Positions 1-10,150 of a stretch of 64,000 nucleotides of DNA are shown here, piece by piece. The stretch spans positions 62,001 through 126,000 of the forward strand of contig UYFQ01000710.1 of the NCBI GenBank assembly GCA_900617105.1, given 5' to 3'. The stretch's first letter is position 1. Every line of letters begins with the position of its first letter. Position numbers and translations under genes: made by a program. The notes beneath the pieces are model-generated. The model was not told where the DNA came from. It searched no databases and was given only the letters and a program-made list of their open reading frames with translations. This DNA comes from Hydrurus foetidus (Eukaryota).

Positions 1-2
1 TT

Positions 3-851
3 TTATCAGAGTTTTACATTCACCCGATATCGCGAGAAGCACTGGAGAACTATTTTACAAAGATACCACAACAAGGAAAGAACCTCTTGCTCACTGATGG
101 AATGAAAGGGTACAGGCTTTCTCAGTTACAAGCTCTACTGAAGATATGCACCGAGGAAGTCGCTCCGAATGTGAGGAATTGTTGTGGTGGTAGATGGCCA
201 GCGTTGATTCACATCCATCCTGAGAAGGGCAGTTTCATCGATATTGAGCAGTTTGCATCACTGATGACTGAGATGAGAAATGTATTCGACATACTGAAGG
301 CTAATCTTTCCAAGTCTGGGACGCAGGAGAGCGGAGAAATATTGGATGGTACCGCATTAGAGTTTTGTAAGTATCATCAAAGGACTGCCAAACTGAATCA
401 TTTTTATCTTTGGCTCTGTTGGAAGGATCAGGACCTTAACTTCTTGTCGAATAACTTAGTTGAGGGTGTTGCAACTGGTGGTGATACTCCTCCAGAGCCG
501 TACTCTAGATCCTCAGCGTCATCACAAGCTTCAGGATCATCTGTCAAGAGGACTCTTACAGAGCGGAAGGTTTCTAAAGGAGCGCATTTTGAGAAGGTGG
601 CGGCAACGATCGGTGACGTAATCCAAAAGAGCTTAGGAAGTCTACAATCAGATCAATCCGGATCAAGCGAGTTGGCAACTGCAAGAACACAAGCATATTT
701 AAGTAGAGAGAACGAGCAAACTCTGGAAGTAAAACTTAAACGACAAAGAGAAACAATCGAAGCACCATCATTTAAAGAACTGTCACCTGAATTACAGAGA
801 CAGCTTAAGAGAAGCTATTCAACTACATTGAGAGAGTGTAATAACATATAA
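3..851 (+). CDS. Harbinger-associated second ORF (5' truncated by window edge), putative DNA-binding partner protein
   Basis: Frame is open from base 3 to the stop at 851, intronless and convergent with the Harbinger transposase. This matches the two-gene layout of PIF/Harbinger elements. A Myb/SANT domain was not recognised in the visible part. Confidence 0.55.
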   Translation, partial: LSEFYIHPISREALENYFTKIPQQGKNLLLTDGMKGYRLSQLQALLKICTEEVAPNVRNCCGGRWPALIHIHPEKGSFIDIEQFASLMTEMRNVFDILKANLSKSGTQESGEILDGTALEFCKYHQRTAKLNHFYLWLCWKDQDLNFLSNNLVEGVATGGDTPPEPYSRSSASSQASGSSVKRTLTERKVSKGAHFEKVAATIGDVIQKSLGSLQSDQSGSSELATARTQAYLSRENEQTLEVKLKRQRETIEAPSFKELSPELQRQLKRSYSTTLRECNNI

Positions 852-1162
852 TCTACTATTATGTTTCCCGAATCGTTATGTGTTTGCACTATTTTTGACT
901 TTCATTTTGCATAACCATATAATTTGATTTAAATGCCGAACCTAAGTCCTATCATAGTCTCAAAATAACAATAGTAAAATGTAGCGATAGAATAACTTAA
1001 CAGGTATAAATTTGAATAGAAAAATAACTTGGTGATAAAATAACAAAGTAGTCTCAAAACGAATACTTAATAGTAATTAAAATGTACTCACAATAACAAA
1101 GTAGTCTGAAAACGAACACATAACAAAAAATGTAATGATAAAATCGAAAATATTGAAGTAGT

Positions 1163-2569
1163 TTAATCATCGACCATTTCTTCTTCTTCTACAGACGGTA
1201 ATCCAATTAAGTCTGCTTCACAAGTAATCCGTAGACCTGTATCCCAAATCATGTTCATCATTGATGATCTGAGATCGTTGTTAGCAGCTCTTACACCTAT
1301 TCCTGTATATCTGTTGCTCAATCTAGTTCTTACTTCTTCATCGGTTGGTGGAATCGGGATGTCTACATTGACATGTTCAGGTACTACCTCTAACTCAGTG
1401 TTATTATCAAAGCCGTTTCTTCTTCCACTTTCTAACCACCGCTCAACGCATATGTTATGTAATTTCGCGCAGCACTGAATCATCAAGGATACATTTTTCA
1501 ATCTACTGCTATTCGCGCACCAAAGAATGCCCCATCTGCGAACAAGTTGTCCAAACGCTCTCTCGATAGTTATCCTCTGGGAAGATAGGACGTGATTAAA
1601 AGTTCTCATTTTTAAATAGACAGTTTTGGTGTGATCAGGACTGTTGAAAGCCTTCCTTAACTGATGTTGGGTAAACGGTGTTAAATGACATCCTCCTACA
1701 GAACTGTAAGCCTCGTCTAATAAAAATGAAACCCATGAAGGTATTGACGTCGGTAGGGCTTTGTTAGTTGAGTTCTGGTGTAGTGAAGTTTGTTTATAAG
1801 CGGTGATGTCGTTTGTTGCTCCAGGCCAACCGATTCGAAAATACCAGAAGTTGGTGTGGGCACCACAAAATGCTTGAACAAGAAGAGCAAAAAATCCTTT
1901 CCTGTTCATGTAATTCTTGGAAGATTTCCCGCCCAAATCTTGAGCAGTTGGTTCGGTAATTTGAACCACGAAGCCATCTCCTGCCCCGCATATTCCCCCG
2001 AGCATATCATCTCCCATGGAACCATGCTTGCATCTCAAAGTCTCCCTGAACTTTTCAGACTCGATTCTCCACTGAGCATCTGTTACAGGTACTTTGATAT
2101 TGTCGATGACGTTGTTTATTGCCATCAAACAATCAATGACGTAAGTTTGGACATGGTCGACGCTAACTCGGTACCAAATCATGTCGAGATATTTTGCTCC
2201 GGCGAGGATTCTAAGTGTTATCATGAGCTGCATCTCAGGACAAATGGAGGAACCTGAACTATTCATCGCTTTCTCCTCGTTTCTCCTGATCAGAGGATCT
2301 ATTTTTGATAGCACTATTCCAAAATCCTCCCGACATAATCGGAATTGACGTCGAAACATGTCATCATCCCATGATCTGACATACTGTAACGCCTCCGACC
2401 TGCTGTTTCTGCAATTTCCAACTCTCGGTGGCTCAATCGGAATCGTCGAGAAGGCCATCAATACTCCAGTCACAACAGCAGCTACTGATGCGATCAATTT
2501 TTTTCGCTTCAGAGGAGGCTCTACTTCGTCTCCAGAAAAAATGTCAATCTCCTCTATTGCTGAATCCAT
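1163..2569 (-). CDS. PIF/Harbinger (HARBI1-like, DDE_Tnp_4) transposase
   Basis: Motifs FRRQFRL, GAGDGFVVQI (D1), YMNRKGFFALLVQAFC, GWPGATND, FLLDEAY (D2) and FNHVLSSQRITIERAFGQLVRRWGIL (E). Intact intronless ORF, first ATG at 2569. Confidence 0.92.
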   Translation of the reverse strand: MDSAIEEIDIFSGDEVEPPLKRKKLIASVAAVVTGVLMAFSTIPIEPPRVGNCRNSRSEALQYVRSWDDDMFRRQFRLCREDFGIVLSKIDPLIRRNEEKAMNSSGSSICPEMQLMITLRILAGAKYLDMIWYRVSVDHVQTYVIDCLMAINNVIDNIKVPVTDAQWRIESEKFRETLRCKHGSMGDDMLGGICGAGDGFVVQITEPTAQDLGGKSSKNYMNRKGFFALLVQAFCGAHTNFWYFRIGWPGATNDITAYKQTSLHQNSTNKALPTSIPSWVSFLLDEAYSSVGGCHLTPFTQHQLRKAFNSPDHTKTVYLKMRTFNHVLSSQRITIERAFGQLVRRWGILWCANSSRLKNVSLMIQCCAKLHNICVERWLESGRRNGFDNNTELEVVPEHVNVDIPIPPTDEEVRTRLSNRYTGIGVRAANNDLRSSMMNMIWDTGLRITCEADLIGLPSVEEEEMVDD

Positions 2570-3059
2570 AGGATAGAATGTGTGCAAAGCTGAAATTCAA
2601 ATGAGTGTTTGAATGATTGCTCAGGATATCGACGTTGTAATGGTAGTGTCCGTATGTCGAGTGTTCGAGGAATCCTCAAACGTCGACAATTGAGGATTTG
2701 AGGATTTGAGGATTCGAGGATTTCAATTCTTGTATGGGACGTATGTCAGTCCCAGTGGAGTACAAATTACAAATCGGGCAAATATATGGGCATACTAAAC
2801 TCTGGAAAAAAATACTATAACATAGATTCTGTACTAAAATCTTGAAAAATTTACCAAAACACAGCTGTACTAAAATATGGATTTTACACCCTGAAGTAAA
2901 GATCGACCTACTATTTCATGGAAGTCGTACTTAAATAGGTGTGCAATACTAATTTTATGATGCTGCGCTTTTGTTTCTACTTTTTTTTTGGAATTTCATA
3001 ATAGGGACTTCGGGTGATCACGCAGAAGTCATATCGTTTCTCATCTGGTTTCAGTTAGG

Positions 3060-3302
3060 GTTAGAAGTCTAACCCTATTGCGAGTGATTTATGAACACTG
3101 GAAGAAAGTTGAGGGCTGAGGCCAAACATTATTAGGTCGGTCCCAGCATTGGAGTACAAATTACAAATTCCTGTTTTGTAATAATTTGTAATAATTTGTA
3201 CTCCACTGCTGGGACCTGGGACCGACCTAATAATGTTTGGCCTCAGCCCTCAACTTTCTTCCAGTGTTCATAAATCACTCACAGTAGGGTTAGACTTCTA
3301 AC
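3060..3302. mobile_element. Foldback/MITE-like element with ~110-bp inverted arms
   Basis: GTTAGAAGTCTAACCCTA...GGAGTACAAATTACAAATT (3060-3169) is nearly the exact reverse complement of 3183-3302, with a few mismatches and small indels. No clear TSD. Confidence 0.75.
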
Positions 3303-3386
3303 TTGTCTTCTGGTGATAAGGCGATTGTGAAACGAGGGAGATTCCTTCAAGATTTCACGAAAAATTTGACAGAAATTTTGAACAAG

Positions 3387-5003
3387 ATGTCAGACGCTAC
3401 TACAGAATTAGAGGAATGCTGTATCTGCCTCGGTGGTATCGAGGAAACAGCGAGGGCATCATTATCTTGTGGTCACAATCAGTTTCATAAGAATTGCATC
3501 ACAGAGTGGGCTGCAATCTGCATGGCATGTCCAATGTGCAAGGGGGAATTTTCTTGCATTTCCTCGAATGGAGAGACCGTTCCCCTGAGTAAGAAAGAGA
3601 TTAATACAATGCATCTCGACGAAAGCAATGACGACGATGACGGTGACGACGAGGATTTATCTGATGAAGAGAGCATCGAACTATGCGCTGTTTGTGGAGA
3701 AGAATGCTTTAGTGATGACGGATTATCCGTATTCTGCGAGTGTGGTAACGGTGTCCACAAATTCTGTGTAGGCTTCCGCTCTGGGAGTGGTCCTAAGGAT
3801 AAGAAATTGAGCGCTAGCGAGCGTCGCACAGAAGTTATTTCACTCGTATCCGACGATGAGGAAGAGAATGCAGATACCTGGACTTGTACGTATTGCATAG
3901 AATTGTCTCGGTCTATCTCAGATTTCAGCGAACAATATGTTCGACGGAACGAAGCAACCAGCAGTTCATCATCAAACTCTTCCTCGAATAACTCGAGTAG
4001 TTCTAGCTCATCCTCTTCTACTCCTCATAGAGGCGGTCGCGCATGGCAACCTAGAGTGCTGCAAGGCAGAGCTGCTGTAATCGCCTCTTTGCTCGCTCAC
4101 AGATTCCCCAACATGAGTCGAGCAGTAGCGACTATGTCTGGAGCAACGAGAAACAGGAGAGCTCTTCGCCAGACTGCTGCAGTAGCTCACAGTAGCTTGG
4201 CATCAATGTCTTCCTCCGGGTCCTACCCAACACTGCGATCATCAGTCTCCGCTGTGAACACGAGACGACTCGAGGCACTAAGAGAAAGCGACATCTCGTC
4301 AGAACCCCCGAGGCTAGGAACCAGCAGTAATGATCACATTGCTCTGCTTATTCAGAGGGCACAGAGAGCGGAGACGATGAGCAGAGGCAGTCGGACCTCG
4401 GGGTCATCCATACCTGCCAGGCCACAATCGAACTTTCTCTCTGCCACACTTGCCGCTCCAGTCAATGACCGCTCAGCCTGTCCTCCTGCTCATCCTGTTG
4501 CATCTCAACCATCAACCCGCTCTTCTGTCGCTGCTGATCTCTCGAGGCGGCAGGAAGCGCCTACAGGCGTATTCAGTTCTTCTCATTCCCGTCAATCCCA
4601 AGGAGCGGTCAGCGGCATCAACGCGCGTAATAAGCAGTTCAAGAGCTCCCTCCTGAACTCCGTCAACGAGGAGAATAATCGCGGAATTGTGTTGGCAGCC
4701 CCTTCCCTTTCATCTTCCTCCTCTTCATCTTCATCCTCCTCCTCCAGCCTCTCTACATCAAATGGCACTTCTTCCCTTCCTGATTCTCGAGCAGACAGTA
4801 TCCCTTCATTATATCACACGAGGTCACACACAAAGAATGCTCCCCTCCCCGCCTTCATGTCCACAAGAGGGCAATCGAACTCGAGTATTCCTCACATCCC
4901 ACCCTCAAACCATGCTAACCATCGTACTGCGTTACCCTCTCACTCTGAGTCAGCAAATACAAACGTGAGGGCTATCAGAAAGAGGCCACTCAGTGAAATT
5001 TGA
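3387..5003 (+). CDS. RING finger + PHD finger protein (PHRF1-like architecture) with Ser-rich disordered tail
   Basis: RING: CCIC...CGHNQFHKNCITEW...CPMC. PHD-like: CAVC...CECGNGVHKFC...WTCTYC. Single-exon ORF, ATG at 3387. Confidence 0.75.
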   Translation: MSDATTELEECCICLGGIEETARASLSCGHNQFHKNCITEWAAICMACPMCKGEFSCISSNGETVPLSKKEINTMHLDESNDDDDGDDEDLSDEESIELCAVCGEECFSDDGLSVFCECGNGVHKFCVGFRSGSGPKDKKLSASERRTEVISLVSDDEEENADTWTCTYCIELSRSISDFSEQYVRRNEATSSSSSNSSSNNSSSSSSSSSTPHRGGRAWQPRVLQGRAAVIASLLAHRFPNMSRAVATMSGATRNRRALRQTAAVAHSSLASMSSSGSYPTLRSSVSAVNTRRLEALRESDISSEPPRLGTSSNDHIALLIQRAQRAETMSRGSRTSGSSIPARPQSNFLSATLAAPVNDRSACPPAHPVASQPSTRSSVAADLSRRQEAPTGVFSSSHSRQSQGAVSGINARNKQFKSSLLNSVNEENNRGIVLAAPSLSSSSSSSSSSSSSLSTSNGTSSLPDSRADSIPSLYHTRSHTKNAPLPAFMSTRGQSNSSIPHIPPSNHANHRTALPSHSESANTNVRAIRKRPLSEI

Positions 5004-5297
5004 CTTGAATAGAGATACACATACATGCCCACAATTTCTTGAACTTCTGCATATTCCTTCCCCTCTATACGGCCTACAACAGTATTTTATACAGTTAATT
5101 TTTCGCATGAAAAAACAACTTTTCATTTTTAAAATCTGATTTCGGATTAAAATGCGGCGAGCGACACTTTTCGATTTGAGTTGAATACCATCCACGCTAA
5201 AACAACGCCAGGTGCTATCTCTTACGGCAATGAGGACAAATAGATTTCAACTGAAGTCCTCAGAAAAGTAGTGCCGTAGTTGCCGTCACACAGCATC

Positions 5298-5765
5298 ATG
5301 TCTGAGACCCGGCCGCCGAAAAATGTATACCTGAAGTGTAGAAGCAAATCTTCGGATGAACTTGACTTGATTGAAGACAAACTCACTGAAGAGGCAGCAT
5401 ACGCTATCGGGAATCCAAGTTACAAGGACCTTGTGGATGAGAACGCTTACCTGAGGTCGGAGAGAAGTCAACTGTACGACGAGCTGACACGTGTCTCTCA
5501 GCTCGACACAACATGCACAGTGGAAAGTTCTCTGGCCCAAATAATAAAGGCACTAGAAGGAGAGCTCTTCTGTGAAAGAGCGCAGAATTGTGAATTAATG
5601 AGCCACTTCGAGTACCTTAAAGGCGAAATTGCTCATTTGCTAACGACTTCGTCACGACGTTCGTCTCGCACTTCAGGCATAGCGAAGGAAAAAGAGAAAG
5701 AAAGAAGCATGAAAGTGTTATACTATCGCGAGTATAAAAGAAAGTCAAGGAACGCTTCAATATAG
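5298..5765 (+). CDS. Short coiled-coil protein, truncated paralog of the downstream gene (possibly a pseudogene)
   Basis: Shares EEAAYAIGNPSYKDLVDENAYLRSERSQLYDEL and FEYLKGEIAHL with the ORF at 6940. Confidence 0.5.
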   Translation: MSETRPPKNVYLKCRSKSSDELDLIEDKLTEEAAYAIGNPSYKDLVDENAYLRSERSQLYDELTRVSQLDTTCTVESSLAQIIKALEGELFCERAQNCELMSHFEYLKGEIAHLLTTSSRRSSRTSGIAKEKEKERSMKVLYYREYKRKSRNASI

Positions 5766-6939
5766 CATCCGAAACTATGGTGGATAAACAGATTTTATTC
5801 GAAAAATCATGTTCTACGGTATCTCTTTCTACATACTGGACAAATAAATTTCCATGAGTAGGAGAGATAAAGTGCATGTTTTTTGTCATTTATATACCAC
5901 TTTATTACCTTCTCTATTATTGCTCAATTTATCACCATAATTAATTTCGTGCTTGCCTTTTTTATAAGAAGTTGCCACATTAAAATATTTCCAATCTTGG
6001 ACACAATTGAAAAGATTTAGTGTGCGCTTTCGAGGAAGGGCGAGCAGTGCATTTTGAAATTAGCGATTACATTGGGAGGAGAGAAGCCGCCTAAATTTTA
6101 GTAATCTTGAGAAGATGGATGTAGAAATACCGCAGTCCTCTTACACATTGCACGTACAGTACATACTCGTACTTGACTTACCATCATTCAGCAGTTACGC
6201 TTCGATCTTGACTGCTTTCTACGCTATGGACAGGATAGAGTTGCGACTCCACACCCCACCGATTTGGTCAGATTTTGCGGAGCAAATGAAATTGGCATGT
6301 ACAGCCGAACGATTTGATCCCTCTACAAGAATAAAAAAGACCTTTTTAAGAGACATTTCGTCTCACCCTGTCACCGATAACTATGGAGAATGAAATTGTT
6401 CGAGTCAATTAGGGCAGAACATCTGATTTTTCAATTCTTGTGTAACTCAGATAAACACCACTCTTTACTTCCGCGTGAAGAAGTTTGTCACTCGGTATCA
6501 TCTAAGATTATCGATGAATATGTGAATTACATTCCGACTACCTAACGATGTGAAAATTTGCATAGGAACTATTCAATGTGATCTAAAGTACGTTATCCTA
6601 CTGTCAGTATAGAGTGTCGTTGACAATTGGGCAAAAATCACTCACACACGCACCATATTTTTCAGGATTCCATGAGGAACTCAGAACCCGGAACCTAAAA
6701 CAACACTTCAAATTTTGAATTTTGAATAAATTTTTTGAATTTCATGCGCCCGCATGATAAATTGGATTTGACTGCTACACTTCCTTCATCTCACTCGTCA
6801 CCATGACCTAAAATCAAATACTATAGCTGCAAAATGAAGCGCTCTCCGTGGCTATCAATCAGATAGGAGGTCTGACAGATAGAGATAAAGCGTCGACAGA
6901 TCTAGATTATCTCTCAGACCATTCAGTCCCCAGAAAGTG

Positions 6940-8857
6940 ATGCCCGTTGAGGTTCGAGCTCATAGAGATGCTATTGATGAAGAAGTCAATGCAAGCATCG
7001 GTGTCATTGAGGAAGAGGCATATTCTATTGGTAATCCTAGTTACAAGGACCTTGTGGATGAGAACACTTATTTGAGGTCGGAACGAAGTCAGCTGTACGA
7101 CGAGCTGGCACGAGTTTCTCAGCCCGATGCCACAAGTAAAATTGACAAAACACGGAAAGAACTTATCGGGGTCCTTGAGAGTGACATTTCAAATGAGAAG
7201 AATCAGAACAGGCGACTACTGAGCCAATTTGAATTCTTGAAGAGTGAGATAGCGCACCTACAATTCCATGGTGCTGAACAGGCCTCGGTTGCGAAGGGGC
7301 TTGAGGAACGCCTCGAGCAGTCTCAGGAATGTCTTCATGCTGCGAATGCAGAACTTCTTCAAATATTGCCTCTGCGGATTAAGTTGAATGAAATGAGGCA
7401 AAAGATGGAACTCTTATCCGGTGAAATTCTCGCCACAAACAACGAGATGCATCAGCTCTTATCCGAGAGAGACAGACTGAAGACATCCCTAGAAGCCTCA
7501 GTTGAATCTCATGAGGCAGTGCGACTTAAACTTGCTAGTACAAGTAGGAGAGTACACGATCTAAAAGTGGAGAAAGAAGGTGAGTCATGACACTTTCTTT
7601 GAGAGAGATATGGTTGCATCAGCAAATGTAAATAGTCTGAAAATATGTACTGACACAGACACAATTTAACCTCAACTTCCTAAGCCATGACGCATGAAAT
7701 AAGGGTAGTTGGAGAGAAATTGAAAGAAATGACAGTGATGAATGATTCCCAGTCTGTGACAATCAGAAAACAAGAGCAGCGGTTAGCGGAGCTCGCCACG
7801 GACAATGCGCACTGGGAGAGGAAGAGTGCGTCACTGTCGAAGGAGCTCGGAAAGTTCAGCGGAACACAGATGCAGCAGGTTAAAATTGAACCATAATATG
7901 CCTTAATGCGAAGTTTAATGGTGCATTTTTCAGTCCTGTGAATCTCTTACACCTCGAAGTCTCATGAATTCTGGAATGTGTTGATCTCTGCTATCTCACT
8001 TCTCTCCTTCGTTAAACTTGGCCGTGTCTACCGTTAGGTCGCGCAGTACACCGAGTTGAAAGAAGCCTATGCAGTTATTAAGAGCAAGCTGCAGGTACGA
8101 GAGCAAAAGAAGAGCAAGAAGAGGAGTGTTCTGATCTGATCTGCTCTGTCCAGTGTGCTCTCCTCTATGCTGCACTCTCTCTATCACCATGACACTGACC
8201 TTGTGCACTGTACTCCACCCTGACAAATTACCTGTACCCTCCCCCCCTTCATAGCGACTGCTAGTTCATAGCTCTTTCAGTCCCTAGTACCATCTGCTGG
8301 TCAAGATTCGAGTGTACTGCTACTACCATTTCTCTCTCCCTCCCTCCCGTAGCCTCATCCCTCCTGCTCTGCATCTTCTCACCACCCTCCCTCCCTCCTA
8401 CACTAACCCCTCCCCCTCGCTCCTCACCTCCTGCTCTCAGCTGCGAGAAGAGGCCATAAACAGCATGATTGAGCAGTCTAGGCGCACAGCAGAGGAACAG
8501 CGCGCAAACATGCACACACACAGCAGGGTCGGTCTGGGTGCATGTATGGGGGCGAGAGCGGCAATGGCAGCAAACGGTCCAACCCCATGGGGGTCAGATT
8601 CATCAGTGTCGTCTTTCAGATCAGGCCGTTCCAAGGTCCCCACAGCAGCACACAACAACAGCAGCAGCAACAGTAGTATGTCGCACGGACGGAGAGGAGA
8701 GGAGACGAAGTTGATGATGGCGGGTAGTGACAGAGATCAAGGGGAAGAAGATTCTGAAGACTCAGACCATACAAACAGCGAGTCGTGTGTGAGCATGTGT
8801 GAGTCCTTTTCCTTCCTTTCTACAGACAAGAAGAGGAGCGTCTACGGCATCATCTAG
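6940..8857 (+). CDS. Multi-exon coiled-coil protein of unknown function
   Basis: Heptad-rich exons at about 6940-7579, 7685-7878, 8038-8093 and 8441-8857, joined by GT-AG introns. True start uncertain. Confidence 0.6.
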
Positions 8858-10150
8858 ATCTCATCTACGTCCATTCTGAGCTATATATCTTGAGGGACTG
8901 ATCTGACCAGTGGGATCTAGTAAAACACATCAGATAAAATAAATTGACATCAAATCAGATGAGATAGGATGGAGCAGGTAGTCGATTACATATCATGTCA
9001 TGTCATGTCTCATGTTCCTCTTTGAGAGGACTTCACTGTGTCTAAGGTAACCACATAGTTCTCTTCTGACGTGTTCTGTTCTGTTCTGTTCACCTCTATG
9101 CACTTCTCATCACTTCAGTGATTTTCCTCCTCTATTCTGTACTTTACTTTCATTTTCTCTTTTCTGTTGCAACAGCCCCTGTATTAATCAATCCTCCTTG
9201 CCCATATTTCGAAATCCTCTACTTCACATGGCGCTCCATTCAGTTGCTGTGCTGCCCTTGTCTGTCAACCACTGTGGTGCGGTGCAGTGAAATATTATTC
9301 AGTGCAGTGTAGAGCAGTCGTTCACTCAGCGTTGGTAGGATAGAGGACGATGGATGCAATCGGTATACTATCACCGCATGTCATATAGTGTCTAGTCATG
9401 TCATGTATGGGTGTTTATTTACATGCCAACAGGTGAATAAATAAAGACAAGAGGGGAGGGGAGGGGGAGGGAGTGACTGGGTGACTAGTTTGATTAATCA
9501 GAAAGCAGGCAGACAGACAGGCTAACTCTTGGCATTGGTCAGAGGGACAGAGACAACGTAGGATAGTATTGAATAGAAGGGTCGCTTATTGCTCCGCCAT
9601 TGTAGGACAAGACAGGAAAGGAAAGGACGGGACGGGACAGGTTGGGTTGGATTGGAGACTGTTGCACTGTACGTCACTACTGAGGTGCATTTGCTCCTCC
9701 GCTCCAATCCGTCGCATGGAACTGTATTTCGATCAATTTGTTCCGATCAGATCTAGCCACACACACGTATCATGAGCACACACAGCACCAGCGATTACTA
9801 CGGTACTGTACTCTGTTTCGTTATTCAGCGCACTGTGCTGTGCTGCAGTATGATGATTTGATGGGAGAAGAGGGGAGAGGAGAGATGGCACGTTGGAGTA
9901 AAGTCACTGCAGAGCAGTACAGTACAGTACAGTACAGTAGTACAGTACAGTACAGTAGTATAGTACAGAGAGATTAGATAGAGTTGAATGGACATACAAC
10001 TGTCTCATCGCTTATCCCTCTCCCCTCTCTCTCTCTCCCTGCTCTCCTTTTCTTTTCTCTTTTCATCTCTTATCTCCTTCCACCCTGTCCTTTCTTCTTT
10101 CTCTCCCTCTCCCTCTACTTCTCATTCCCTTGATTCAACTCTCTTACTGT

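Larger units (their letters stand above)
1..2910. mobile_element. PIF/Harbinger DNA transposon (left end outside the window, right end not precisely defined)
   Basis: Transposase plus convergent second ORF, and subterminal GAGGATT(T/C) repeats at about 2692-2723. The matching TIR would lie outside the window, so the boundary is approximate. Confidence 0.65.

Noticed and set aside
6115..6393. 92-aa ORF between the coiled-coil paralogs
   Set aside because: No recognisable motif or splice support.
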